DNA of 64,000 bases from Botryllus schlosseri (GCA_051294905.1 CM119386.1:11098001-11162000), one strand, 5' to 3'; positions 1 through 13,925 are shown, counted from the stretch's first letter. The notes: a model not told the origin generated them from the letters alone. Numbers and translations are program-made.

Positions 1-1009
1 CTGTATACGGCTGGTGGTTCAGGTTCGTGTGAACGCGAACCTTTTTGAAAGGTTCTGTGTGAACGCGAACGTGAACCTCATGACGTCACGTGACGTCATA
101 TTGCTAATTTCAACCCTACATTTCAGTGAAGTGATAGCCTATAATAATGCACAGTTGTAAACGATACCTATAGCGACGACTCGGACCACATAATGCCACA
201 ATGCTGAAGTACATATTGACGTTTTAAACGTCGCCAAATGCATCAACTGGGACAATCAAATGATATAATAATCCCATAAAATCAATATCTTCCGTCGCTT
301 TATCAACAATTTCGACGAGGTCTTGGAAGGGAATATAAGCTTACACCTTAACGGTCTGGGCCAGACCGGACAATGTATTCGGCGTCTGAGTATTGCTACG
401 TTGATATTAGGCAGAGAATGAAACGGACTTCTGTACTTGCTACCGATATTACCCCTTTGACAAGTTATACAGCAGTAGCCAGCACCACAACCGCACGGAT
501 TTGATTTTTATGATACAATAAACATATGAAATCAAGATTGACCTCGTACCCTTGCTAGATTTTTTACAGCAGATAACGATATCAATTTCATTGGTTGGTT
601 GGTTGGTTGAATAAGCATCATTCGCTGACTACCTACATGTAGGTTATTTCGCTCTTGATTTTGTGTGATTGCGGGTCAAGCTCCCAGCAGAGTCATTAAA
701 TATTCACAAACGGAAAGCTGGAGATTTCGAGCAAACTTTTGGAACAAAGCAAGTAAAAGTTTTGAGATTGTCAAGGTGCATGCTTGTTTAGTGTTGATTT
801 TTTATGCTGCCAGCGCGATGCATAGAGTGGCCCGCTGTTGAAATGCAATAAATCTCAACCAAAGATGTTATAATGAAATGAAAATTGTAATAGATGAAAA
901 AGGTTCACAGTACAGAACCTACCAAGGTTCGTTTGTGAACGTGAACCTCTAAATTTCCGAGGTTCACACACAGAACGCCAACGTGAACCTCACGTTCACA
1001 CCATCCCTA
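1..1009. mobile_element. hAT-type non-autonomous element, family A; left end outside the window or lost
   Basis: Right end GTTCACACCATCCCTA at ~994-1009. Colinear along its length with the complete copy at 4796-5760. GTGAAC subterminal repeats. Confidence 0.8.
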
Positions 1010-1418
1010 GTAAATAGGCTACAGCAGCCTAAATATAATTGTTGGCCTCAAATACATGGTAATAATGTTCAGCGGCCCGCTGCGTCTTTTGCTGTTGAAA
1101 TGCGGCCCGTTATACAAGGGAAGTTGAGAACCCCTGGCGTAGAGTGATAAGATATCTTTGAAAAAAGCTCTATAGTCTATGTCATAGTGGCCGCCAGTCC
1201 AGTGTCAAGGACCAGGGGTAGGCCTACAAAAAGGTATTGGTTTTTATGAAAAGGGTATTAGGCCTACTTCACCAGAGGACGTCTGAGGTATTTTTTGGTG
1301 CAAACCACCACTTCTCTCTGATTCGTGGTTTTGTTGACATTTGCTTCCGGCGTAACCAAGAGTTAAATATGTTAGTTAGATCGACAGGCAGAACATACAT
1401 TTCCACTACACGGTATGG

Positions 1419-2258
1419 CAGGGGTGGGCAAACTACGGCCCGCGGGCCGCATGCGGCCCGCAACACCGTTCTGTGCGGCCCGCGAGAGTCTAAATAAATT
1501 TAATAAAAATATTGATAAAATGAGTACTAAAAATCGAATTAATGCAGGGACTTGATTAAACTTCTTCTTAGTATATTTCACCATGATAATTCTAAGGCAG
1601 TGGGTCTCAACCTGGGTGACGCGTGCCCCTGGGGGTCATGAAAGCATCAGAAGGGGATCGCGAAGCTGAGCCCAACTGAAATTTTTTTCGCGCTTCGCGC
1701 GATTTACTTCCAATTCATAATTTTTGCTCTGTATTTAGTATGAACTTCATATTTCAAAATCTCTCATCAATAGTCGTAACCTCCCATGCCACCAAACTAT
1801 CCGTCAGGTTTGCTATAGCATCCTGGTTACGTTTTGTGACATGCGTGTTTGAAGCTAACATGGTTATGATGCTGTCAGCATTGTGTGTCCTGGAACTGAG
1901 CCAAAGCGAAATTAATAAATCTATGAACAGATCACTGCTCACAGATTTAAATTTCAACCCTGTTCTAAGAATTGGGGTAACAGACTTTCATCTCTATAGT
2001 TTTGAGAAATTGGTTATTGAGGTCGACCAGCCTATGAAATCTCACCATTGTTTCTGGCGCGTGTACGATGTCATCATAGCAATGTTTGGTTTGTTTCAAA
2101 TAAGCATATACATTAACATTATCTCCATGTCCTCGCTATATAATCAAATACTAGCAATATTGCGTTTTGGTTTATGATATCAATTTGATATAGTGCGGCC
2201 CGCGAATGGATTCAGATGTTGAATGCGGCCCGCGAGCACAAAAGTTTGCCCACCCCTG
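1419..2258. mobile_element. hAT-type MITE (CAGGGGTGGGCAAACT ends)
   Basis: TIRs CAGGGGTGGGCAAACT / AGTTTGCCCACCCCTG. Perfect 8-bp TSD CGGTATGG (1411-1418, 2259-2266). GCGGCCCGC subterminal motifs. A second hAT-like end (CAGTGGGTCTCAAC, ~1598) lies inside. Confidence 0.9.
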
Positions 2259-2439
2259 CGGTATGGTATTCTCAATGACATATGTTATGTGAATTTGCTT
2301 TAACATTGATTTGACTCGGTCCGTCGGACGAAAAGCATTTGGTTGTGATAACCACCACTCTATCCAATGTTTTTATCAATAGCAGTAATATTAATAATAG
2401 GGGGAATTTGACGAATTGGCTACTAACGCATGCTGCCAA

Positions 2440-3110
2440 ATATCGAAACAATCTATTTTCCATTCGCGAAAATTATGCACATATATACGTTCTAATAAGA
2501 TTTTCATGGGGGTTTGGGGACCTGCTGCGAAAAAACATCTGCAGAAATTGCAAGTCTTGCACAAAACCGAACCATACGAATTCTCTGTCGGAAATCTAGA
2601 TATGAAAATTGTAATAGCATGTATCGAAGTGTTGGAATATTGAAAGTAGAACACATTTTCAAATTTGAGGTAATGAAATTTATGCATAGCTATCATCAGG
2701 GTGAACTGCCACTATATTTTGATAATCTGTTCAAGATACCTTCAGATACCCACCAACATCATACCATTAGATTTTCTTCTATAACTTGTCTGTGCAACAC
2801 CACTCTACCAGTCTAGTACAAAATTCAATCAGTTTTATTGGTGTCAATGTTTGGAATAAGCTGCCACCTAATCTCCGTAATTTAGAGTCTTGTGCTTTTA
2901 AAAAACAATGTCTTCATTCTCTTATCTCTAACTACCGCTAAATTGTATTTGGATTGTATTTCGAATTGGTCCATGATACTGTGTCTTGTTTTTCTTTTCG
3001 TTCGTTGGTAATTTTATTTTTATTTGTTAGTTATCGACTGTGAAAATTGCTCCTGTCCTGGGTGGCTCGGCTCTGAAGACTTTGTTATATCGAGCCTCCC
3101 CTCTACCTTG
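2440..3110 (+). mobile_element. Decayed 3' end of a non-LTR retrotransposon (L2/Crack-like ORF2 C-terminus plus 3' UTR)
   Basis: Frameshifted peptides: WGPAAKKHLQKLQV / QNRTIRILCRKSRYENCNSMYRSVGILKVEHIFKFEVMKFMHSY / GVNVWNKLPPNLRNLESCAFKKQ. These are typical of CR1-group ORF2 ends. GGCTCG...CGAGCC stem at ~3064-3096. Confidence 0.75.
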
Positions 3111-3164
3111 CATGTCGCATTTCACTGTTACATTTTTGTAGTGTAATGTTGATATGTAATGTAT

Positions 3165-3314
3165 NNNNNNNNNNNNNNNNNNNNNNNNNNNNNNNNNNNN
3201 NNNNNNNNNNNNNNNNNNNNNNNNNNNNNNNNNNNNNNNNNNNNNNNNNNNNNNNNNNNNNNNNNNNNNNNNNNNNNNNNNNNNNNNNNNNNNNNNNNNN
3301 NNNNNNNNNNNNNN
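3165..3314. other. Assembly gap (150 N)
   Basis: Run of N. Confidence 1.
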
Positions 3315-3401
3315 TCAGTGTTAACCTATGCTCTCATGTCAAATTCTAGCTATAGGACTATACAAATTTTACAAATAGAATAGGTTACACTCTTGATTGC
3401 G

Positions 3402-6400
3402 ATGGCTTGGCATATAGTACACGGTTTGTTGGAGCAGGTAAGACACCAGTCAACCTTTCCTGGTAAAATATGGATTGTAGTCATGTTCATATTCCGTATC
3501 GTTGTGGTGGCGAGAATTGGGGAAATGGTGTATCACGATGAACAGGTTGGTTACAGTGTGTCTCCTGATCATCGGTATCATTTCTAACATGACTGTTTAA
3601 TTTCAGAGCAGCTTTATATGCAACACCCTCACGCCAGGTTGCACGAACGTTTGTTTCAACAGGTTCAGTCCAATATCACAGTTAAGATACTGGTCGTTGA
3701 TGGTCTTGGTAGTGTCAACACCATGTGAGTATCAGTTAAGCGCTTTGCGTTGATAGTGACTATTACATGCTACCCTTCGTGAATAAACATATTGTAATGT
3801 CATGATGATAACATTTTCCACACTGTAAACAAGGATCGTGAATTTTCCATATTTTCGCCAAGGGGAATGGTGTAAATGAGGTTCGTAGCAATTTACCATA
3901 TTCAACTGTCACGCCAATACCACTAAATGAGTTGGATACAGTCATTCATATGATGCTATATGGCTACATAGGCTCCATTTACGTTTGTATCACCCCAAGC
4001 TGCTGGCGCAAGCTCGCGCTGAAACAGAACCCATCTGGCCACATAGGCCTACATATATAAACATTTCTATGGGTGTCTTTGGTTCATTTACAGCTTTATA
4101 CCAACTGACCAGAAATTGTCACTTATGGCCTGTACTTGATTAGAAACCCATATCATTTTTATTTCTAAATTGAAAGCAGTGAATTTTTGTTAACACAGGC
4201 TGCCGAGTGGGCGTGTTAATATTAAGTTGCGACCTGAGCACAATGCCGCCCAGGTCTGGTTTATGGTCTCTGGTACGGGTTTTATGATTTGTTCGTGTGC
4301 AGTGCACGTATGATGGCGCCTCAACTGATGGCGTGGTTTCTCACCCATTGAAAACGTGAGAGGGAGAAAAATTACTACTACGAGACAACGTTAAGGATAC
4401 AAAGAACATGTCATGACAGTCAACGATGATGTCACAATAGTCATAATCCAAATATAGGGGTAATGAAGGAATCCCCTTTTTCTGGATTTCCCCACCATAT
4501 TTCTATAACATATGGAGGAATTTCGAGGGGGGAAAGAGTATGGAGTCGATATCCCACCATGATCGTTACAGGATGGTGGAAAATCATTAGTCTGATGCAG
4601 TGGTCGAGAACCTATGGCTCGCGAGCCATATATGGCTATTTTGGGTATAATATATGGCTCTTTGACAAATTTATCAATATTGCAGCAACTTGTTAGTAAC
4701 TTTTCTTGGCGACCAGAATAATTATTCTAGTGGCAACATAAACATGTCTTGGAGATTTCAAGACGGTGGGGTATCCAGGGTTAAGGGCTCGTCACCAGGG
4801 ATGGTGTGAACCTCTGAAAGGTTCAGGTTCGTGTGAACGCGAACGTGAACATCATGACGTCATGTGACGTCATATTGCTAATTCCAACTCTACATTTCAC
4901 TGAAGTGATAGCGGTTGCGATACCTATAGCGACGACTCGGGCCACATAATGCCACAATGCTGAAGTACATATTGACGTTTTAAACGTCTACAGATATATC
5001 AACTGGGGCAATCAATTGACATAATCATCCCAGAAAATCAACATCTTCCGTCGCTTTGCCAACAATTTCGACGACGACTTGCAAGGGAATATAAGCTTGC
5101 GGCTTATCGGTCTTGTCCAGGCTGGGCGATGTATTCGGCGTCTGAGTATTGCTACGTTGATATTGAGCAGAGTGTAAAACGGGTATCTATATACTTGCTA
5201 CCGATATTATCGCATTAACAAGTTATACAGCAGTAGCCAATACCCCAATCGCACGGATTTGGTTTTTATGATACAATGAACATATGAAATCAAGATTGAC
5301 CTGGAAGCCTGCTAGATTTTTTACATCAGACAACGATATCAATTTCATTGATTGGTTGAATCAGCATCGATCGCTGACTACCTGCATGTAGTGTATTTCG
5401 CTCTTGATGTTGTGTGATTGCGGGTCAAGCTCACAGCCGGGAGTCACTAAATATTCACAAACGGAAAGCTGGATACTTCGAGCAAACTTTTGTAACAAAG
5501 CAAGTAAAATTTTTGTGATGGTCAAGGTGCATGCTCGTTTAGTGTTGATTTTTTATGCTGCCAGCGTCATGCATAGAGTGGCCCGCAATTGAAATGCAAT
5601 AAATTTCAACCAAAGATGTTATAATGTAGTGGAAATTGTAATATATAGAAAAGGTTCACAGTGCAGAACCTGCCAAGGTTCGTTTGTGAACTTGAACCTC
5701 TAAATTTCTAAGGTTCACACATAGAACGGGAACGTGAACCTCGCGTTCACACCATCCCTACTCGTCCCCCATTTTCAAAATCCTCAAGTATAAATTGCTG
5801 TCGCGTCGGCCACTAACACCACTCGCGAATTTGGTCTACCCGCCATCGCGTGCCTCGAAATCTTGGATTGCACGATACCTTGATTGGTCAAAGAGAATAG
5901 CAGACATGGCGAGGCTTGTGGGACAATGCAGTTTACAAACACACATTGCCTTCCAGATCTACGCCGCGAAATAAACTGCCTTGGAAGTGACATTCCAATT
6001 ACAAATTCAAATTGAAATTAGATGTTTGGAATCATCGCGACAATGACATTTGATTAATATAAGTGATTAGAAATTCTAAGCTATTTACGATGAGTTGCGC
6101 TATCACAGATGAGGCTTGGTACGCCTGTGCTTCATCCGTGCCTTACCTCTCCTTTCGAGCATCATTTATTAACAATAAATATGAGAATTCCGTGATTTTG
6201 AGAATAAAAGTGTTCATAAATATCGATAGGAAATACCAATAATCATGGAAGGTTTCACAATCTTCCTTCACTCACCCCTGCCCCTGCCCTGCCCCACTGC
6301 CTCGCTTGCCTCCCATAACCTCACGTCACTGACGTATCACACCCTGCATTGGGTATGTACTGGTGTAGTGACCCTGTTTAGCTCCCCCTACCCATGTGGG

Positions 6401-8262
6401 CCGAAAAATGTAGCGCACACTACGCATCCTCTATATTAGTGCTATCAATACGTCACGAATGTTCAATTGTGACGTAACAGTTGATTGACATGTATGGCTC
6501 TTTGGGAGTTACAATTTAATATAGTGGGCAAATATGGCTCTTCGGTCGAAAAAGGTTCCCGACCACTGGTGATATGGAAATCACTGCAGACACTATAGTA
6601 TTTTCCGATTGTAACATGAGATAAGACAGTGCTATAACCGGCCAAACCGGGATATATATTGCTCTATATCTAGCCTACCAGTGCTGTAAATATTTATTAC
6701 CAAACGGACAAAGTAATTCCAACTCCCTTACTCTAGTGCTTTTTAACTCCACGGGCTGTCCTCATTCTGAGCTCCATTGATTATAATCTGTATAGTGACG
6801 ATATCATCACGATTCACCTCAGTATTAGGGAGGTTTTGGTGAAAACCATCGGCATTTATCTTCTTTGATTTACATACACTAATACTTTGTATATATTTGC
6901 AGCTATCATATTTTACCTTTACGCCATGCACGTAGTTTACCACGCCGATGTCAAGTTTCCGGTGGAAGAGAATGGGAAAGAGGTGGTTAACAAATTAGCC
7001 ATGAACAAACAAGCGTATCCTCCGGGCAAGAAGCGTCGCCGAGATTCGGAAAGAAAGGGAGGGTCCGCTCCCCCGCTTTATGAAGTCACGAAGCTAGAAG
7101 ACGTAGACGACTGGAGCAAAGACGCGGCGCGGTATAGACGCAAACACAAGTCAAGTAGGGATGATGGTGGATATGGATCCAACACGGACAATAATGCATC
7201 CTTCGGAGGTGATATTAATCAGGGACGCAGGTGAGATGTAGATGCCTAATGCCCAGGAAACGAGTGCAAAGCATGATGAAAATTCATCCTTTTCTGTTTT
7301 CGCTCACGACCGGGTTATAAGCGTTACGAGTGAGGTTAGGTGGAAACAGAACGTATCGACGCAAGAGCATTATCGCGGTCGAAGTTTTCCGCGATCATGC
7401 GGTGGTCATTTTAGGCCAAGGCTGTATGGTATCGGTATTTTGAACCAGTGTGCTTTTGGCAGCAACCATCGGGCCACGGCATTTTTGCCTAATATGCTTA
7501 GTGTTTATATGTCCTGTCCAGGCACCAGAAAAAGAGTACAAACACTTCTAACGGTGTGACCTTTAGTAGGAAAACTCCAGTTTACAACCCGCGCACTCGT
7601 CGATATGAATTTTGGAATAGCGAAATGGCACCACAAGAGCAGCAGATCATGGAAAGAAAGTTTAAGAAGAAAATGCTCCAGCATCCAGAGTTATACCGCG
7701 CGTATTGGTGGCACGTATTTCTGCGGTTAGGTCTGGAGGTTTGTAACGCTACACGCAACGACAAATATACTAACCTGTGTCTAACTCATATTTTGATATT
7801 TTCAGGTGGCCTGCTTATTGGGTCAATATTACCTCTATGGATGGGAGGTACATGAACTGTACGAGTGTCCGTATTGGCCGTGTCCCAAAACGGTGGACTG
7901 TTTCGTGTCCAGACCGCAAGAAAAAACTTGCCTTCTGTGGTTAATGTATGGCTTGGGTATGTATACGGTGAATTCTAAGAGAATGCCTAGTCAATATTGA
8001 TGGGAGATGATATCTTTTCCAAGGCGTGTTCGCCACTATTCTCAGCTTATGCGAATTCCTGACGCTGGGACTCAAAAGAGCTAAAACAGCGTTTATGTGC
8101 TGTATGCAAACCGAGGAACCAGATGAAAGAAGGAAGAGATTAGCGATGTTACAGAGCGACGGACACGGTGGTGCGGCTCACGGAGGCGGTCATCTCAAAA
8201 GAGTCTTGAGTGCGATTAGTTTCGACAGTCAGAGCAGCGAAACTACAATAGAGAGTGTTTGA
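3402..8262 (+). CDS. Connexin (gap junction protein), 6 coding exons, ~383 aa
   Basis: Exons 3402-3545, 3607-3724, 6903-7230, 7567(or 7570)-7738, 7806-7956, 8024-8262. All introns are GT-AG and in phase. N-terminus [35 protein letters not shown]1 C-x6-C-x3-C ([12 protein letters not shown]) and EL2 C-x4-C-x5-C ([21 protein letters not shown]). Confidence 0.93.
4598..6568. mobile_element. Older hAT-type element in connexin intron 2, host of the 4796-5760 insertion
   Basis: Ends CAGTGGTCGAGAACCT / AGGTTCCCGACCACTG. ATGGCTC subterminal repeats at both ends. TSD only 5/8 (GTCTGATG / GTGATATG). Confidence 0.55.
4796..5760. mobile_element. hAT-type non-autonomous element, family A (complete, 965 bp)
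   Basis: TIR CAGGGATGGTGTGAAC / GTTCACACCATCCCTA. 8-bp TSD CTCGTCAC / CTCGTCCC (7/8). Confidence 0.9.
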
Positions 8263-9958
8263 CTCTGATATTTTCCAATGCACAAGATTCAACTGCCACG
8301 TTAATTTATCATCCCAATTTAAACTGTTCCCCAGTTTCAAGAAATGACAAGGACAGGAGATGATGTCGACTCCAATTGACATATCCAAGCAACGTGTAAT
8401 GTATAAATCAACTTTGTTCCCGCGTAGTCTGGACAGTGTTCATTTCAGGTGTCCATTTCTATGTAATGAAAACACACACTGTAAAAGAAAATCGTGTATT
8501 TCGCCGATTTTTACTCTACCGTATGGTGAAAATCAGGTAAACAGCATTTTCATCGCCATATTGTACTTTCACACCCTTTCAATGGCCGAAATTGAGTCAA
8601 ATATACGAATTCTTTTGGAGATATATTCCAGGGGTGTATTGCGTCATGTTTGCGTGAACCAATCCTAGAAATCCAAAAAAGATGGTTCACGTAAACACGC
8701 GTCTGACATATATCTCAATGAAGATTGGTGTAATTGATTCACCGGAATGCGATTTACCTTGTACCACGCGCTATGGTTAAAACCAGATAAAAGCTCCTAT
8801 TTTCCACCGATGGATTGACAGTGCAGGTATATTTATATGAGGCCTGGTATTTGTGTACCACAGTATTTCAGGTCCGAAATAAGCAGCACACAAATACATA
8901 TATTTTTCTATGCATTCAATCTCATACATATATATTGGCGATTGTGTGAACATCTCCGCGAACTAAACTTGTCATGTTACTGGTTATACAGTTATCGTCC
9001 TTTCTGTTCCCGGCTACGCCCATGGTAGTATCAATGCATTCGCTTATGATTGCATAGTTTTATGAAATATTATATGGTTATATAAGCAGATTACATGATG
9101 ATTGATTAATTCTTCAGCCCATTGCATTTTTCTAGAACTGTGCCATTTTTCCGCTTTGAAAGTAGTATTACCTTGTGAATTTTTTAATAAAAGGACATAC
9201 GTCATTAATCCGTTTTAAATTCACGGACGCTACAACGGGAAATATCAGGCATTTTTATTGATTGATTGGCGACGTTACCATCTTCATCAAAGATTGATGA
9301 TGGTCATTAGAAATTACTGCGAATAACAAGATCAGTGAGATGTTCTCAGGTTGTATATAATCGTAGCATGAAGTACAGATGGCGCGAGCACGAACTTCTA
9401 TGATAGGTTGGTTATGAACGCGAGCATTCAACCTCCTATCCATAGTTATCTGATTAGACTAATTGAGACAAAATGCCGGTAATCTAAATCTAATCTATTT
9501 TGTGATATCTTTCTATGATCTAATTTGAATTCTAGTCTAATTTCTGAAAATGCGAAACGAGCCAAGCATGTAGGTAGGCCTACAGACATTTGCCATTTCA
9601 TAAGAAAAAAACTTCGCATATTTGACATGAACTAAAGATGTTTTTTTTATAGGCCTATATCTCTTTCTAGTACGGAATTGAATTCAATTTCCAAGTTTTT
9701 TACGAATTCAGTAATTCAATGATGCTAATATAATTTGTATAAAAAAAAACAGCGTAGCTATAATTGTAATGCTAATCTATCCTAGGAAAACTCTGCAGCA
9801 ATAATCGTAATAAAAATTTTCTGGTTGTACAACTTCTTGTTCTATCTAGCTGTCAGAGAGAGAGAGAGAGAGATAAATGTTATTCATCATAACAAAAAGA
9901 GACAAGACTTCTCACAGACATGTCTTGCAGATTCGGGGGCTATATTGAAACGAAGCAC

Positions 9959-11219
9959 CAGAGGTGGTCCAAGTAGTAAAGAAAGCTACTCAAGTAGAAG
10001 TTGCGACGCAAAAATCTACTCAAGTACGAGTAGAAGTACTTCTTTTAAAAGCTGCTTAAAACTACTTAAAGTAGAAGTAGAATTGACCAACTTTAAATCT
10101 ACTCAAGTAAGTAAGTAGTTGCGAAAAAGATCGTAATTCGTTAAACTGGATTGTCAAAAGCTGCAAATTGAGCTATGCGAAAGGTGCAGAGCTTGATTCA
10201 TATTGACGCATCCCGGGAGGTATAAATTTTCGACATCATAAGCATTCGCCCGCATCATGGAATGAAAATGGTAGCATTAGTATGGAAATGCGATGCTAAT
10301 CCTCCGTTTACTCGAACACCCCGATTTAGAAAATATCATGGTATGGCGCCCTCCCGCATATTTTTAGGCCCGTAGTATTCGTCGAAGAGCAATACTAAAA
10401 AGCTGTGTCGGATACGGCGGTAACACTTTGCACGATTAGTAAACGTTAATAAAAATATGGCTGATCGTAAAAATGCCATACAGCGTAGCTTTATTTTCGG
10501 AAAATAGAGGCATTACTACAGTTGCTTTTTTGCTTCAACATGTATGTTCTCCAGACTAAAGAACTGAAACCAATTAGAACTCTAAGTATGATACTTGGAA
10601 TTGAAAGAGAAATATAAATACTTCTTCTAAAAAGCGGAAAATATATTTCATGTCAATTGTCCAGACAGTTTCAACAGTGGTCTGCTAAAACAGGTCTAAA
10701 GCTAAAAAAAAAGTCGGAGTCCACCTTTCTAGATTAGGGCGCGCCATGGGCTGCTAGATTACGATATGTTTGGTAAATGCTATTGCGAAACGGTTCAGAC
10801 GCTATGATGGGCCATATTAACTGTGATGAAATATTTCGTATGGGTGACAATGCGGTATGAACGGAACCATGCACGCAACCCTCTACCCAAATTTTATTCA
10901 TCGATACGTTCGTGAAATCATATTGGTCTACTGTGCGCGAATCGCGACGACAATTCTGGTCTTTACTCAACTTCTATGAAAGTTAATGTTGATACTCCGT
11001 GAAAACAGCCCCGATATTCCTCAGGCTATTTTTCTGATTGAAAGATTGAACTACTTCTACTTGGCGAACTGAAAATAACGAAAAGTAAGTAATTAGTTCA
11101 TAAAATATCACGAAGTAGAAGTAGAGGGAAATTAGATCTACTTGAGTAAGTACCCAAGTAGCGGAAAACTACTTGAGTACTTCAAAAAAGTAGAAGTACT
11201 TCGTTACTGACCACGTCTG
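9959..11219. mobile_element. hAT-type non-autonomous element (CAGAGGTGGTC ends, AGTAGAAGT repeats)
   Basis: TIR CAGAGGTGGTC / GACCACGTCTG. Perfect TSD CGAAGCAC (9951-9958, 11220-11227). Homologous, in opposite orientation, to 18288-19592. Confidence 0.9.
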
Positions 11220-11800
11220 CGAAGCACAGTTACAGACAGCAGCGAAGGTCAAATCAGAGAAGAAGAATAACACTTCCTCATTTTTCTGGATAGTATGGTA
11301 GGCAGTTTAGGAATGGTTCTGGCTCGTGTGAACGAGAATCTCATGCGAACGTTAACACGAACCTCTGACATCAGTCAAACATCACGAAACGTCGTAATGT
11401 TAATTTCAAACACATTTGGATGAGAATAAAATTGTGCGTGTACATCGTGCAATTTGAGAGACGAAATAGATTCGTGTCTTAAAACGCAGTAATAGCGGAT
11501 TGCCACTGTGAAGTTCGGAAATATCAAATCAAATGCATCCGCACGACTACATGTGCATTGTTATTATTCTGATTAATGGTCAATTGGTCATTCGCCTGCA
11601 TTCTTCAACCCACTTCTTGAAGTTAGCACCAATCCAGATTGAAATTTTCTAATTTACACATTTTAAAATCGTCATTTTCGAAAAGATTAAGGAGTAGTAT
11701 TGTAAAGCGTGTTTTGCCTCAGTTCGACGGATATTGGAGTCCTCACATATCTGCTTGTATTTGCGCGTACAATAACGACTTTTTATTTTACACAACAAGT

Positions 11801-13680
11801 GGCGAGTTAGCGTAGTGGTATAATCCACAGCTGCAACACCATTGGGTTGCGGGTTCGAGTTCGAGTCCGACCGCGATGTCGACTTCAGAATTTCTACCTA
11901 AGTGTTGGAGGTTTATCTAGGCTCCTTCTCGTCATCTCATCCGTGTAAGCCAGTGGTTCTTAACCTTTTTTCCTCCAGCGCCCCCTTTCGAAAATTATCG
12001 TGCTCTAGCGCCCCCCCCCCCCCCACACACACACACCATATCGTAAGGACTGTAATAAAGACAATGGGTAAGAGGGACAGCCGAAACAGCACTTCGTCAG
12101 CCCCTCTAAAACACGATTGTCTTGCGCACCCCTAGCGTAAAAAAACAAACATCTGGGGGCTTCGCCCCCAATAATCCCGTCGCGTGATTTCGATGGTCAG
12201 CAAAGTTTGTATGATGTGGTCGCCCTAGGCGCCCAAAATTTTCTATAATGCATGAATGAATAGGTGGTAATTGCATATATATGTCGCTATAAACTTTTGA
12301 TCCTCTCAGCCCACGTAATCAGATTTACCAGTAGCTCTGAGTGAGCTGTTGTCTCGGAAAATGAAGGCCACGTAATTGATACTTAAACAATAATAAACAT
12401 ATTCGGGCGTGCCTGTTGGTAAAATTACTTCGTTACATGTTGTTATCTTGTTCCCTCTTTTCCGCTATATTGTCAAAAGTTATTGAAACGCATAAACGTA
12501 CTAAACTATGGTATAAGCACAAGATTCCAAATTGGTATTTCTTCACTGGCAAATAATTTTTCTCTGATGGATGTTATTTGTCCTGTGGGGTGCAAATTGC
12601 GACAACATGATAATTCGGCACGAGCGATTTAAGCACCTATGGACAATTAGACGTATATAGATCGAGGTTTACGGTCAATATAAGGGCAATCCTCTTCGGC
12701 TAAGGTTTTCTCGCTGACGTTTTTTTTTGGCACACTTCTCGGAGTGCCATATTGGCCGGAACTTCATATGTCTTCATGCATCGTGGCATGGTAATGGCCA
12801 ACGCCGAAATACCTATTTCTACTTTCTATAATTATGCGTATTTTTTCGTGGGGGAGTCGTCAAAACATGATGTGTAATTTATGTTTATGTCAACTGAGAA
12901 TGGGATTCAGATATCTGCTCACATTGAATTTAGTACTACACCCAGTTAATAATATTAACATGAATGTATTCCAAACAAGGCAACTCATATCATATAACAC
13001 TCATGTAAGGTTGTGGACCACAACATTAGATAGTATCACCCTTTATGATACGATGAAAAACTATTCGCACGATTTAATCATAGCTCTCAAATACAAGTAT
13101 AGTAAGTTATTCATTTCGTGCACAAAGCTTCAAAACATATTCTATGTACAAGGGGCGCTCACTCTCAGAAGTGATATACAGTGTCTCCTTCTTCGATTCC
13201 CACACGCTGTGCGCTGCAGAATATAATACCCAATTCGAAACATTTTGTTGAAAATAACCCTAGCAAGCGTGACGGTAGTGTCTTAACGCTAAATTGACGA
13301 TATGAAAGTACGCGCAATTCATTTTACACGAATTATAATAACCCATTACATTTATGAAAACATATGTAGCAAACATCGTCGCGTAGCGCGACCAAAAACT
13401 TCGAGATTTGACATGTTTTGTGGAATGTTAATTTGCTCGGAATACTCATTAAGGATATGTCCTACTTCTACATCATCTACTGCGAAGCCATTTTTCTTCA
13501 GCGCCCCCCATATCGCCCCCCTGAGCCCAGCGCCCCCCATATCACCCCTGAGCGTTTCCGCCCTCTTCAAAATCGCCAGCGCCCCTTGGGGGGCGCTGGT
13601 GGCAAAGTTAAGAACCACTGGTGTAAGCGGTGTCATATAAAAAAACGCCTAGAAGTGGGCCGTGCTACAAGTCGGCAGCT
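11801..13680 (+). mobile_element. tRNA-derived SINE-like element, interrupted by the hAT insertion at 11951-13620
   Basis: A-box-like TAGCGTAGTGG and B-box-like GGTTCGAGT at 11801-11870, with no convincing cloverleaf. Right boundary is approximate. Confidence 0.5.
11951..13620. mobile_element. hAT-type non-autonomous element (1670 bp)
   Basis: TIR CAGTGGTTCTTAAC / GTTAAGAACCACTG. Perfect TSD GTGTAAGC. GCGCCCCC subterminal repeats. Internal segment ~12730-12815 is shared with ~63638-63727. Confidence 0.92.
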
Positions 13681-13925
13681 ACGGAATAAATATGAAGAAA
13701 ATTGGCCTGGTGTAAAGGACCATAGTAGTCGACAACTACCATGAATGCCACAAAACAAAAGCTTTACATAACGGTATATTATCTTCATCAATTGATTGTT
13801 GAGCCAGCGCAGCCCGCTGACTATCTTGCACCTACTCTGCGTCCTACGTGTAGTGTATTATGTTCGTGAATGAAGTGTGGCGGACCAAGTTAGCAGCGAT
13901 GACCGTGTGGACTCGGACTATAAAG

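Noticed and set aside
7242-7559. 105-aa ORF filling connexin intron 3
   Set aside because: Flanked by good GT/AG sites that join the connexin exons in phase, and it has no homology.
11801-11875. Possible tRNA gene
   Set aside because: A and B boxes are present but there is no consistent cloverleaf and the B-box region is duplicated. It fits a SINE head better.
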